This document shows, piece by piece, positions 17,891 through 26,948 of a DNA stretch of 64,000 nucleotides. Below the pieces are notes generated by a model that was not told where the DNA came from, searched no databases, and saw only the letters and a program-made list of their open reading frames with translations. How positions within the stretch are numbered: the first letter of the stretch is position 1; the number at the start of each line of letters is the position of its first letter. A program made the position numbers and the translations under genes. Origin of the DNA: Escherichia phage Barry; the sequence record LR880803; one strand, written 5' to 3'.

Positions 17891-18472
17891 TCAAGAGTAT
17901 TTTTTAGGCAGTAATGCGCTACGTTTGTTACTCTCTTCACTCAATAGTGCGATAAATTCGTCGCCTTTACCTTTCCACGGGCTGAATGAAGGGATATGTT
18001 CGCGGATAGCCTCAATCACTGTTTTAAGTGCTGTGTTCTTCATCCACCAATCAGAATCTGCTGATGCTACCACGTAGTATCCACCGTCATCAGTTAAAAT
18101 TGGCTCTGAAATACATGGTGAAATCAAAGTGGTGATGATTGAACCGTTGTTCATGTAGTATGTGCGCTTCATAACCTTTTCAAGAAGCTTGTGAAGGTCA
18201 CCAAACAGTGTTACAAGTTCTTTGTGGTCGATGTCTTTTTCGAGGCTTGCTCGGTACTTCAATAGTGCAGCATCAACCTCTCTGTCATTAAACTTGAAAT
18301 ATTGAACTTCATCAACAAGGCAAACACTGATATTGTTGACATTCATAGTCAACTTACAGACTTTTGCAGGAGAATTGATACTTGGTTGAAAAAGTGCAAC
18401 ACAACCTTCAATGTTCCCAAAATGTTGGACTAGTGTTACTTGTGGGGTAATATTCTGTTGCTCTTCGGACAT
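17891..18472 (-). CDS. hypothetical protein
   Basis: 193-aa ORF. Confidence 0.5.
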   Translation of the reverse strand: MSEEQQNITPQVTLVQHFGNIEGCVALFQPSINSPAKVCKLTMNVNNISVCLVDEVQYFKFNDREVDAALLKYRASLEKDIDHKELVTLFGDLHKLLEKVMKRTYYMNNGSIITTLISPCISEPILTDDGGYYVVASADSDWWMKNTALKTVIEAIREHIPSFSPWKGKGDEFIALLSEESNKRSALLPKKYS

Positions 18473-18816
18473 TATAGTTTCCTCATTAAATACTTTTTAA
18501 GTTGTGTGTTAGGTTTCTCAAAAACTTCTATAGAAGATATCTTGACAGATTCACCACGCATACCTGTGTGTTTGAATATATAGTACTCTAACATCCCTAT
18601 ATACTTTGCTGGTAAGTCATGTTTGACATACACCGTTACAGAATCTTCAAATTCAACAACCTTTGTACCATCTTTGTAGTTAAACTCTTTAGGATGGTTG
18701 TAGTTGTCGATGTCGTACATTAAAAAGAGTCTTTTCCGTTGCATATCAAGCTTATTGGTTAAAGACTCTTTGATGTCTGAGAAGTTTTTATACACTATGA
18801 CGTGGAGCTTACTCAT
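18472..18816 (-). CDS. hypothetical protein
   Basis: 114-aa ORF, translationally coupled. Confidence 0.45.
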   Translation of the reverse strand: MSKLHVIVYKNFSDIKESLTNKLDMQRKRLFLMYDIDNYNHPKEFNYKDGTKVVEFEDSVTVYVKHDLPAKYIGMLEYYIFKHTGMRGESVKISSIEVFEKPNTQLKKYLMRKL

Positions 18817-19102
18817 CGTTAAACTCTCTGACGAAGAAGTAGTTGACTTTATTATTACCTACCATAAGGTCAAAGCAGGTATTCTCAAAAGGTTTGTTGT
18901 AGGCATCATATGAAGTATACGTATCAGCTACTTGTTTAGTGTTGAGCTTTTTACTTGATGGATTTAAGAGGCCACCATACAGTTTCTTGATAGCCTCTTC
19001 TACAACAGACCAGATGATTTCGTCAGTAATTTCTTCGTACAGGTCAAGTTCACGCTCTAGTGAGAAGTCACAAATAGGGAAAACAACCTGTACTTTACTC
19101 AT
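18809..19102 (-). CDS. hypothetical protein
   Basis: 97-aa ORF. Confidence 0.45.
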   Translation of the reverse strand: MSKVQVVFPICDFSLERELDLYEEITDEIIWSVVEEAIKKLYGGLLNPSSKKLNTKQVADTYTSYDAYNKPFENTCFDLMVGNNKVNYFFVREFNDE

Positions 19103-19500
19103 TATCGAATAACCTGTGAGACTTGAATTGCTTCAGTTACTGACAAATCACCCACTTTCTCTTCTTTGATAAAAGTGAAGGTGAGTTCAACAGGCTCTTG
19201 CTCTTCTTGCTCAACTGGAACACCGTTAAGCTCATCAAAGATTGATTGAGTTGTCCAGTCTTCTCCACCATCTGGATAGTAGATTGCGTAAAGAGGGAAC
19301 TCTAAATCAAACCAACCAAATACAGGACAACCGTCTTCATCATCTCGTACTCGATGAAGTGTGCTTCCAGACCCTGTAAACTGAAGGAATAAATCTCCGT
19401 TGCACTTGTATATTACTGCGTCGGCAAAACCAATGTCTTCTCGACCATCATGACCAAATGTGTCCACCTTTACTTGGATATCTCTAACATCTTTATTCAT
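19102..19500 (-). CDS. hypothetical protein
   Basis: 132-aa ORF. Confidence 0.45.
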   Translation of the reverse strand: MNKDVRDIQVKVDTFGHDGREDIGFADAVIYKCNGDLFLQFTGSGSTLHRVRDDEDGCPVFGWFDLEFPLYAIYYPDGGEDWTTQSIFDELNGVPVEQEEQEPVELTFTFIKEEKVGDLSVTEAIQVSQVIR

Positions 19501-19891
19501 AAAAACCTCTCTCTGCTTGTTCGATTTTTGCTTTTAGAACTTCACACCGTTCAATGTGATATCTGGCTTCATGCTCATGTGTCGCCAAAGTTCTTTCAAG
19601 AATGGTTTTATAGTAACCTGCAAGTTGCTCTCTTGTCAATGGGTTCTCTGAAATAATATCGAGACCACTTTCACCTAGAGTATTAAACTGTCCATGCTCA
19701 TTTACATGGTAAGCTTCAAACTTGAATAAACCATTATTAGCAGACTCAATAGGTGATAGTTCAACCAACTCAACAGTAAACCTTGTATGTACCCTATCTC
19801 CAACTGTAACAACGTTACTTCCAATGATACGTACAAGCGAGCCGTTACGAGTGTACTTAAAAGTTCCAAAGTCACTAGCCCAAAGCTTCAT
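19493..19891 (-). CDS. hypothetical protein
   Basis: 132-aa ORF. Confidence 0.45.
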   Translation of the reverse strand: MKLWASDFGTFKYTRNGSLVRIIGSNVVTVGDRVHTRFTVELVELSPIESANNGLFKFEAYHVNEHGQFNTLGESGLDIISENPLTREQLAGYYKTILERTLATHEHEARYHIERCEVLKAKIEQAERGFYE

Positions 19892-19907
19892 AGTTTTCTC
19901 CTTAGAA

Positions 19908-19932
19908 AATAAAAAAGGCTCCCGAAGGAGCC
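19908..19932 (-). terminator. rho-independent terminator on - strand
   Basis: GGCTCC-CGAA-GGAGCC with an A-run on + strand, i.e. T-run 3' of the hairpin on - strand. Confidence 0.5.
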
Positions 19933-19942
19933 TATGAAGATA

Positions 19943-20407
19943 TTACTTTGGATATACACTGTCAAGATAAATGTCAGCTTCCATTCTACGTCTGTTTTTC
20001 AGACCGTTTGAAGTGACCTTCTTACCTTTGACTGTAACCTTGTTCCACCACTGCATAGCTTCTGCACAACCTACCTTATTACCGGCATTGTGGCGCTTGA
20101 TAAATGTAGAATCCTGCATAGCTGTGATACCGATGTTGTATGTTTCACTTACAAGTGCATCGAACTCATTCTGAGAAGTTGGAACCTTGATGGCTTTGTT
20201 CACTGCTGCAACGAACTTTTCAACATCTGCGAGAAGATACTGTTCAGCTTGTTCAGCAGTAATTTTCATACCCATCTTAACAGGTTTTCCGTCAATACGG
20301 ATTGTCCCATACCCAATTGTTGGGATTCCGGCAGAGTCTTCGTAAGCCTCTAACTTCAGACCTTCGAAGAACTTAATAGCATCTAAACCTTTTCTTGAGA
20401 GTTGCAT
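19943..20407 (-). CDS. endolysin, T4-lysozyme-like (GH24 muramidase)
   Basis: N-terminal EGLKLEAYEDSAGIPTIGYGT matches the catalytic Glu / (Y)xDxxGxxTIGYG signature of phage lysozymes. Confidence 0.8.
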   Translation of the reverse strand: MQLSRKGLDAIKFFEGLKLEAYEDSAGIPTIGYGTIRIDGKPVKMGMKITAEQAEQYLLADVEKFVAAVNKAIKVPTSQNEFDALVSETYNIGITAMQDSTFIKRHNAGNKVGCAEAMQWWNKVTVKGKKVTSNGLKNRRRMEADIYLDSVYPK

Positions 20408-21291
20408 TATGCCTCCCCTGCTGGATTAACTGTAACTGTTGCTGCATTAGATGTTACAGAGCCACCTGCACCAGTAACTACACAGGTGTAGCTTCCTGAA
20501 TCAGCAGCGGTTGCTCCTTCTTTGGTGTAGGTTGCAGTAGTTGCATCGAGGATGTCTTCCTCATCTTTCTTCCACTGATAACCTGTTGCACCTGTTGCCA
20601 CAACATTCAACGTTAAGGTCTCACCTTCATTGATTTCTTGATTGGTTGGCTGTTGAGTGATGACAGGAAGTGCATTCACAGTCACTGTTGCTGCATCTGA
20701 GGTAACACTTGTTCCACCCTCTCCAGATACAACACAAGTGTATGAACCAGCATCAGAAGGTGCTACTGACTGTTTTGTGTAAGTTGCAGAATTGGCACTA
20801 GGGATGTCCTCACCATCCTTCTTCCACTGATATCCAGTGGCGTTAGTTGCTAGAATGCTTAGAGTAAGTGTGCCACCCTCATTGACTGTTTGACCTGTCG
20901 GTTGCTGAGTAATTGCTGGTGGCTTAATAGCATCCTTCAACTTAGCATTCAACATTGAGAACGGCTTAACTCTTGCCAACCATTCACAGTAAATTGTGTC
21001 AACATCTTTACCATTGATGATTGCATACTGCAAATCCATGAAGAAATCAGCAGTTCTCATCTGTGCACCAACACTGTAAAGCAACTCATCACTAAATGGA
21101 ACTTTGTAGTCTGGTTTGTAGTCAAACTCCTCAACTTCTGCAATATCAGCTTCAGGCCAATACGAACTATAGGTAAGCGGTAAAATAGCCTCTTGATATG
21201 CTCTAAAATCATATCTCTTACCAGCTTTTACGTTTGCAATGAAGCCCTTCACAAACTCTTTGAAGTCTGGGTAAGTCTTTGCTTTAATCAT
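20407..21291 (-). CDS. protein with two tandem Ig-like domains; N-terminal domain paralogous to the upstream gene
   Basis: two ~90-aa repeats (ITQQPT.QTVNEG.TLTL...ATGYQWKKD.EDI...ATYTK...GSYTCVV.G) typical of Ig-like folds. Confidence 0.55.
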   Translation of the reverse strand: MIKAKTYPDFKEFVKGFIANVKAGKRYDFRAYQEAILPLTYSSYWPEADIAEVEEFDYKPDYKVPFSDELLYSVGAQMRTADFFMDLQYAIINGKDVDTIYCEWLARVKPFSMLNAKLKDAIKPPAITQQPTGQTVNEGGTLTLSILATNATGYQWKKDGEDIPSANSATYTKQSVAPSDAGSYTCVVSGEGGTSVTSDAATVTVNALPVITQQPTNQEINEGETLTLNVVATGATGYQWKKDEEDILDATTATYTKEGATAADSGSYTCVVTGAGGSVTSNAATVTVNPAGEA

Positions 21292-21659
21292 TTCTTTTTA
21301 GCCTCTAAATGTGCGTTTAGTCTAAAATAACCTTTGTGATGTGGAGATACATCACCAACAACAATACCTTTAACCTTATAACCCTTACCAATTACATACT
21401 GGATATCCATAAGGAATCTTCCAAGACCAACAATATGGAACATTGGATATAGTAGATTCTCAGAATCTGGAATATTGATTTCAGGTTTGTAGGTGCGTTG
21501 TTCGCTTGTTGGTGTAATATCTTCTTCAGGCCATTTGCTGAGTCTCCATGTCAAAGGTGTTGGGATAACATCATTAAGGTTGTACCTTTCACCATTTTGC
21601 ACGGAATTGATATAGGATTGTAGGAAGCAATAAAAGTCTTTTGCACTCTTAGCTTTCAT
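21288..21659 (-). CDS. paralog of the N-terminal domain of 20407..21291
   Basis: shared blocks KDF..F...I..V..G.RY and F.MD.QY.I..G between the two proteins. Confidence 0.5.
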   Translation of the reverse strand: MKAKSAKDFYCFLQSYINSVQNGERYNLNDVIPTPLTWRLSKWPEEDITPTSEQRTYKPEINIPDSENLLYPMFHIVGLGRFLMDIQYVIGKGYKVKGIVVGDVSPHHKGYFRLNAHLEAKKK

Positions 21660-21706
21660 TAAATATCCTTATAAATAGTTAAAGGGGCATCAGCCCCTAT
21701 TCACAC

Positions 21707-22297
21707 TTAAGCTTTAGTCTTAAGTAGGTTCTTAAGTTTTTTAAGATTCATACTCTCATCAAACTTAAAACCAAATCCATTGACATAATCAATGAACTCG
21801 GATTTCTTACTAAGTGACAATGCGTAACTCATATCAAAGTTCTTACTTGTTTCTGCGTCTGGACTAGAGTTCACATCAAATGAAATTTCTGTAGGTTCTT
21901 GCTTACTTTTTCTCATATTATCAGTCAACAAACATGTATAGTTTGCTGGATAGAAGTTTACACTACCATCAACGTAGCTGTACTTATTATTATGGATAAG
22001 GTTGGAAAATACCTTAAGGAATGTTTCTGAGTCGTGGCAAACAAGTTTGAATTGGCTGGACTCTCCAAGCGCAACTAATGAGTATGGACTTTCACTATCA
22101 AAGTCATAGTTTGGATTCGATGCCGTCACTGTTACACGCATCAAGTTATTAGCAATAGTCTTCTGTTTAAAAGAATTTTGAACATAGTGAAGACCCCGCT
22201 CACACTGACTGACTAGCTCTTTAAGTAGGTCATTTGCATATGGTGAGTTAATTGATACAGAGCCATCACTATTGTAATTAAAACTTACTGTTAACAT
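21707..22297 (-). CDS. hypothetical protein
   Basis: 196-aa ORF. Confidence 0.5.
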   Translation of the reverse strand: MLTVSFNYNSDGSVSINSPYANDLLKELVSQCERGLHYVQNSFKQKTIANNLMRVTVTASNPNYDFDSESPYSLVALGESSQFKLVCHDSETFLKVFSNLIHNNKYSYVDGSVNFYPANYTCLLTDNMRKSKQEPTEISFDVNSSPDAETSKNFDMSYALSLSKKSEFIDYVNGFGFKFDESMNLKKLKNLLKTKA

Positions 22298-22524
22298 TTT
22301 TCAGTTCTCCTGCGATTTATAATTTTGCTGCAATAGAGAAACGAAGTAAACTCACTGGAAGAAACCACTAAGTGTTGTTCACTAGATTGAGCCATTGCCC
22401 TGAAATACATTCCAGTCAAAGCATCATAGTGACTATTCTTTCCAATTGAGGTTATATAGCCATGACTCTTTGCAGTTTGATATAAGTCTATAATATCTGC
22501 GATTTCTAATTGGGAACTACACAT
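22291..22524 (-). CDS. hypothetical small protein
   Basis: 77-aa ORF. Confidence 0.35.
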   Translation of the reverse strand: MCSSQLEIADIIDLYQTAKSHGYITSIGKNSHYDALTGMYFRAMAQSSEQHLVVSSSEFTSFLYCSKIINRRRTEKC

Positions 22525-22916
22525 AGATAATCCTCTTGTCTTCTGTAATTTTGAAAGAACAGGTACAGACCAATTTCAGAGGATGAATAGTAGATTAATT
22601 CTACCCTTTTTGATTCCTTACAGTGATTGGTATTCTTACCTTTCTTCGGTTTATTTGATTTTCTCATTAAGTCTCCTTTGTAGAACAAGGCAGACCTACA
22701 GCTTTAAGTAAGATGGTACAGTAATCCATACAACAAGTCAAGAACTATTGCAAGTTAAAAAAGTTGTTGACAAAGTACTTGACAAGGTGTAGGCTTATAA
22801 ATACTTAGAAGATAACTTAAAAGGTTCCTCTAAAAAGGCTATTTAAACAGATATCTTTCTGGATATCTATCTTTTATCTTAAAAGCCTTTTAAGAGGTCT
22901 TATAAGAGGCATACCA

Positions 22917-23288
22917 ATGAAAAACAGAACAAACAAAGGCCAGTTTAAAAAAGGCCAGTCTGGAAACCCATCTGGAAGACCAAAAGGCTCTCGTAACAAA
23001 AGTTCACTCGTAAAAGCTCAACTGACCATTGATAATTCTGCTGAGTTTGCTGCAAAGTTGTTTGAGGCGATTGTTACAAGGGATGCTGCTAAGCTTGCAG
23101 AGTTCGGTTTGACGACTGACGATGTAAACCTGAAGTCGATGATGGAAGCTGGTAAAACTATCATGACCCACTCAGCAGGTGAGATGAAAGCGATTGCAGC
23201 AGACACTAAGAAAACCCCTGATAATGGTGGTCAAACCCAGACAGATAACAAACCAACGTTTTCTGCTGTAGCGACTCTCAAAAAATAA
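22917..23288 (+). CDS. hypothetical protein with basic Gly/Pro-rich N-terminus
   Basis: 123 aa; SD AAGAGG 8 nt upstream; N-terminal GQSGNPSGRPKGSRNK. Confidence 0.45.
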   Translation: MKNRTNKGQFKKGQSGNPSGRPKGSRNKSSLVKAQLTIDNSAEFAAKLFEAIVTRDAAKLAEFGLTTDDVNLKSMMEAGKTIMTHSAGEMKAIAADTKKTPDNGGQTQTDNKPTFSAVATLKK

Positions 23289-23369
23289 TTTTAAAAGGTG
23301 TTGACAGACTCTATAAAGTTGCTCTAAAGTCTGTCACATCAAACAACAAATGAGAGAAGAGAGTAAAAT

Positions 23370-24784
23370 ATGAGCGAATTATTTAAACATGCGCACCTTC
23401 ATGCAGGTCGAACTGAAAATGGTGCTGTAAACCATACTTCATCAATGTCTGCTCTAGTAAACTTTTACAAAGCTGCTGGTTCAAGCCGTAGCAATGTAGA
23501 AATCTTACCAGACCTGTTCTACAAAGCTTTGCGTGAGGATGTTGATGTTGCAGTTCGTATTTTACTGCATATGCGAGATGTACGAGAAGGTATGGGTGAG
23601 CGTAAAGCCTTCAGAACTGTTTTGCTTCAAGCAATTGAAGACAAAGTTTTAGAGCCTACACAGGTTCTTCGCATTATGGATAAGATTGCAGAACTTGGTC
23701 GTTTTGATGACTTCAAAATCTTCGTAGGTACTCGTTTCGAGACGGATGCCTTCAAACATTTAGAGGCAGCATTACTAGACCCTGCAACAGCAGGTTTGGC
23801 AGCTAAGTGGTTACCACGAGTCAAACCACGTCATAAGCAGTTTGTAAAACGTTTCTGCAAGTTTGCCAACTTGAGTGAGAAAGAGTACCGCACACTGTTA
23901 TCTGCACTGTCTGATACGGTTGAGCAAAAATCTCTGCTAATGAGTTTGGTAAGATTGACTACAGCAAGATTCCTTCACTCGCTGCTGCACGTTACCAAAA
24001 GCTCTTTAACCGCAAAGATGGAGAACGTTACAAAGCTTACATCGAATCACTCTCAAAGGGTGAGTCTAAGATTAACGCTGGTGCTGTTTATCCATACGAT
24101 GTGATTAAGTCTATCAAGCATGGTAATGCAGATGTTGCCAATGAGCAGTGGAAAGCACTACCAAACTGGATGGCAGAAGGTGAGAACATCTTGTGTATGA
24201 CTGATGTTTCAAGCTCAATGTCTTGGGTGAATCTTGGTTCAATCACTGCCCTTGATATTGGTGTATCACTTGCCTTGTATGTAGCAGAACGCAATACTGG
24301 TTGTTTTAAGAATGAGTTAATGGTTTACTCAACAAACCCTCACTTCATCGAACTGAGCGGTGATTTACGAAACCGTCATCGTCAGGTGATGCGTCATGTT
24401 GAATATGGCTCAACTAACTTACAAGCAGCTTTTGACCGTATTCTTGAGATAGGTAAAAGAAACAACTTGACTCAGAAAGATATGCCAAGTAAGCTTGTCA
24501 TCTTCTCCGATATGGAGTTCAATCAGGTTGATGGAGTTAACGGTCGTACAAACTTTGAAGCAATTCAGAGTAAGTACAAGAAAGCTGGATACGAAATGCC
24601 ACAACTGGTATTCTGGTACTTAGCAAACCGTAATGGTACTTGCGAAGTGTCTGTTAAGGATAACGGTGTAGCAATGGTATCTGGTTTCTCTCCAGCCACT
24701 TTAAAAGCTTTGCTTGGTGGTGAGAAGTTTGACCCAATCAGTGTAATGCTCAAAGCAGTAATGATTGACCGTTACATCTGGTAA
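23370..24784 (+). CDS. vWA-domain protein (MIDAS motif) read as two ORFs (23370..24104 and 24101..24784) because of a frameshift at an A5 run near 23926..23930
   Basis: downstream frame has DVSSS (DxSxS) and reads sensibly back to 23924; upstream ORF tail after ~23930 is low-complexity; one extra A would fuse them (...SDTVEQK-ISANEFGKIDYSK...). Confidence 0.5.
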
Positions 24785-24802
24785 AAAGTTTCAAAAAGGG
24801 TA

Positions 24803-24831
24803 TTGACAATGTGTTTGATACCCTTTAATAT
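24803..24831 (+). promoter_or_regulatory. strong sigma70-like promoter upstream of the tRNA island
   Basis: TTGACA - 17 bp - TAATAT. Confidence 0.55.
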
Positions 24832-24949
24832 GTTCTACATAGAAACGAAACGAGAGCTTTTCTAAGATACTGAAAAATATTTTAAAAAAGTTCTTGACAA
24901 TCACTAAAAAATAATGTTAAAGTGGTTACATAGAGTTTGAAAAGTTTAT

Positions 24950-25026
24950 CTCTGTTTAGCTCAGATTGGTAGAGCGTTCCGTTTGGGGCGGTAAGGCCGG
25001 AGGTTCAAGTCCTCCAACAGAGACCA
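24950..25026 (+). tRNA. tRNA, anticodon read as TGG (Pro)
   Basis: acceptor CTCTGTT/AACAGAG, T-arm GGAGG-TTCAAGT-CCTCC, CCA encoded. Confidence 0.6.
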
Positions 25027-25033
25027 AATTAAT

Positions 25034-25111
25034 GTTCCAGTAGACAAAATGGTATAGTCACCACTCTTTCAAAGTGGATATCTGAGGGTTCAAATCCCTT
25101 CTGGAACGCCA
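25034..25111 (+). tRNA. tRNA, anticodon TTC (Glu)
   Basis: acceptor GTTCCAG/CTGGAAC, anticodon stem CCACT/AGTGG loop CTTTCAA, CCA encoded. Confidence 0.65.
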
Positions 25112-25203
25112 GTTTTGACAGAAGACCAATTACAGCAAACTTAATCTTATTCATCTGAAGGTAAATCGGACAAAGAAGAGATTTGGTCTGGTCATTAAGA
25201 ATT

Positions 25204-25279
25204 GCGGGTATAGAGAAAGGGCGTCTCACATGTCTCATTAGCATGGTATCGGCAGGTTCGACTCCTGCACCCGCCTCCA
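25204..25279 (+). tRNA. tRNA-like, anticodon CAT (Met/Ile2 type); boundaries approximate
   Basis: T-arm GCAGG-TTCGACT-CCTGC, anticodon stem CATGT/GCATG loop CTCATTA; acceptor pairing imperfect. Confidence 0.45.
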
Positions 25280-25357
25280 ATTTTGCAGAAGACCGTATTC
25301 AGCAACAAAATACTTTTTTGCGGATAAAAGAAAAAACACGGTCTGGCAATGTATTAA

Positions 25358-25434
25358 GGTTAGGAAGCACATAAGGTATGTGCGGTCGCCTGTTAAGCGA
25401 ATGGCACAGGGTTCGAATCCCTGACTAACCGCCA
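25358..25434 (+). tRNA. tRNA, anticodon GTT (Asn)
   Basis: acceptor GGTTAGG/ACTAACC, T-arm CAGGG-TTCGAAT-CCCTG, CCA encoded. Confidence 0.6.
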
Positions 25435-25442
25435 AATTAAAT

Positions 25443-25530
25443 GTGTCGTTATCCCGTAGATGGTAGCGGTGGGGACTGTAAATCCCTTGTCATTGAGACT
25501 CGGTAGGTTCGACTCCTACACGGCACACCA
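25443..25530 (+). tRNA. class II tRNA (long variable arm), anticodon GTA (Tyr)
   Basis: 88 nt; acceptor GTGTCGT/ACGGCAC; T-arm GTAGG-TTCGACT-CCTAC; loop CTGTAAA. Confidence 0.65.
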
Positions 25531-25535
25531 ATAAA

Positions 25536-25612
25536 GGCTATGTAGTTTAACTGGAGAAAATACTCCCCTGTCACGGGAGATGATGTGAGTTCAAGTCTCA
25601 TCGTAGCCGCCA
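25536..25612 (+). tRNA. tRNA, anticodon GTC (Asp)
   Basis: acceptor GGCTATG/CGTAGCC, anticodon stem CTCCC/GGGAG loop CTGTCAC. Confidence 0.65.
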
Positions 25613-25634
25613 ATTTTGAGAGGGCTATTTAGCC

Positions 25635-25672
25635 CCTCCCTTAAAGAGTTCTTACGAGTATTCTTTAAGGGA
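25635..25672 (+). ncRNA. 12-bp perfect hairpin between tRNAs (possible processing signal or small RNA)
   Basis: CTCCCTTAAAGA-gttcttacgagtat-TCTTTAAGGGAG. Confidence 0.35.
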
Positions 25673-26042
25673 GCAGAAGACCAAATACAGCAAGAATGTA
25701 TGAAATTTCAAGCCAATTTAATTTTGAAAATTTAAAACTTGGTCTGGCTCAACAAATTTACAGAAGGCCGTTTACAGCAAAACTTAAACAATCTATTTCT
25801 CCGGTACAGAAAAGGCGAAGGTTCGATTCCTTCACTCGGCAGATGTCGAGTTGGTGTAATGGTAGCACTTAAGATGATAAACAACGGTCTGGTAATTACC
25901 TTTGTAGATAAGTTATTAAGCTTACTTGTGAGTATGCGACCACAAAGGGTGAATGGGTAAATTCTAGATTTAAACCCAAAAAAGGCACATCGCTACAGAC
26001 CTTAAGCAAGTCTGGGTAGCTTATCTACAAAGATAATTTAAT

Positions 26043-26118
26043 GGAAGTGTAGCAGAATGGTGATGCGGCAGACTTTTAATCTGACAGGCGATGGGTTCGA
26101 ATCCCTCCACTTCTACCA
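26043..26118 (+). tRNA. tRNA, anticodon TTT (Lys); weak T-stem
   Basis: acceptor GGAAGTG/CACTTCT, loop CTTTTAA, T-loop TTCGAAT, CCA encoded. Confidence 0.5.
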
Positions 26119-26122
26119 ATAT

Positions 26123-26199
26123 GGTTCAGTCGCAGATAAGGTAATGCAAGGGTCTCATAAGCCCTATGAATGTGGGTTCGATTCCCATCTGAACCTCCA
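26123..26199 (+). tRNA. tRNA, anticodon CAT (Met/fMet/Ile2 type)
   Basis: acceptor GGTTCAG/CTGAACC, loop CTCATAA, T-loop TTCGATT. Confidence 0.6.
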
Positions 26200-26200
26200 A

Positions 26201-26276
26201 GCTGGTATAGTTAAGAAGGTTATAACACTCCCCTGATAAGGGAACATCGGTGGTTCGATTCCACCTACCAGTACCA
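26201..26276 (+). tRNA. tRNA, anticodon GAT (Ile)
   Basis: acceptor GCTGGTA/TACCAGT, T-arm GGTGG-TTCGATT-CCACC, loop CTGATAA. Confidence 0.6.
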
Positions 26277-26290
26277 ATTTCAATAAAGTT

Positions 26291-26319
26291 GTTGACATTG
26301 AGATGTGACTACTTTATAG
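26291..26319 (+). promoter_or_regulatory. internal sigma70-like promoter in the tRNA island
   Basis: TTGACA - 17 bp - TATAGT. Confidence 0.5.
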
Positions 26320-26522
26320 TAACCTTAGTTTTCGTTGCGTAGCGTCTATTTTGCAAATTTAAAATAAATGCAAACGACAATGTTTTTCTGGCAGTAGCTT
26401 GATAGGCTAAACACCAGTGAGGTCTTCCAATCCCTCATCAAAGAATTTGGCGTACTCGCCCACGGTATGATTAATAAGGTGGGCATCTTTAAGGGCTTTC
26501 TAAGAGAGTCTTTAAAGATAAT

Positions 26523-26599
26523 GCACCCTTAGTTCAATTGGATAGAGCAACGGTCTTCTAAATCGTTAGTTACAGGTTCGAATCCTGTAGGGTGTACCA
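26523..26599 (+). tRNA. tRNA, anticodon TCT (Arg)
   Basis: acceptor GCACCCT/AGGGTGT, D-arm GTTCAATTGGATAGAGC, T-arm ACAGG-TTCGAAT-CCTGT. Confidence 0.65.
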
Positions 26600-26742
26600 A
26601 ATAGTTAGCAGATTACTTAGACGGCCTTAGCGGGTCTTCCTGTAGGGAGGTGGTCTGTATCTCATGTTTTCCAGAACATGTAAATAATCTGAGAAGAAGC
26701 TTGACAGTGTTGAGATAATACGGTAAGCTTCGAATTATAGTA

Positions 26743-26820
26743 TGGGACGATGTTAAGACTCTAAGGCATGAGCAACGGCCTCCAAAACCGTTTCAAAGGG
26801 GTTCAACTCCTCCGTCCCAT
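26743..26820 (+). tRNA. tRNA, anticodon CCA (Trp); CCA not encoded
   Basis: acceptor TGGGACG/CGTCCCA, loop CTCCAAA, T-loop TTCAACT. Confidence 0.55.
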
Positions 26821-26837
26821 GCTAAAGATTGTTTCGG

Positions 26838-26924
26838 AGAGAGTGGCGGTCAACGGAGACCAACCAGCCTTGAAAACTGGTGCTGCTGGAAACGGTACGG
26901 GTTCAACTCCTGCACTCTCTGCCA
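26838..26924 (+). tRNA. class II tRNA, anticodon TGA (Ser)
   Basis: 87 nt; acceptor AGAGAGT/ACTCTCT; loop CTTGAAA; long variable arm. Confidence 0.6.
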
Positions 26925-26948
26925 AAATAATTTTTAAGGTGGTGATTA

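Noticed and set aside
22780-22800. TATAAATA (T4 late-promoter-like box) at ~22790, considered as a marker for late promoters
   Set aside because: I found no comparable box upstream of the structural genes (terminase, capsid, sheath, fibers), so T4-type late promoters are not supported from this window.
25029-25435. Track ORFs 25029..25280 (-), 25183..25374 (+) and 25238..25435 (-)
   Set aside because: They lie across tRNA genes and inter-tRNA spacers and lack SD and coding character; treated as spurious.
25739-25960. Track ORF 25739..25960 (+) and the upstream part of ORF 26768..27289
   Set aside because: Both overlap tRNA or tRNA-like sequence; for 26768..27289 the real gene starts at the ATG at 26949 behind a strong SD.
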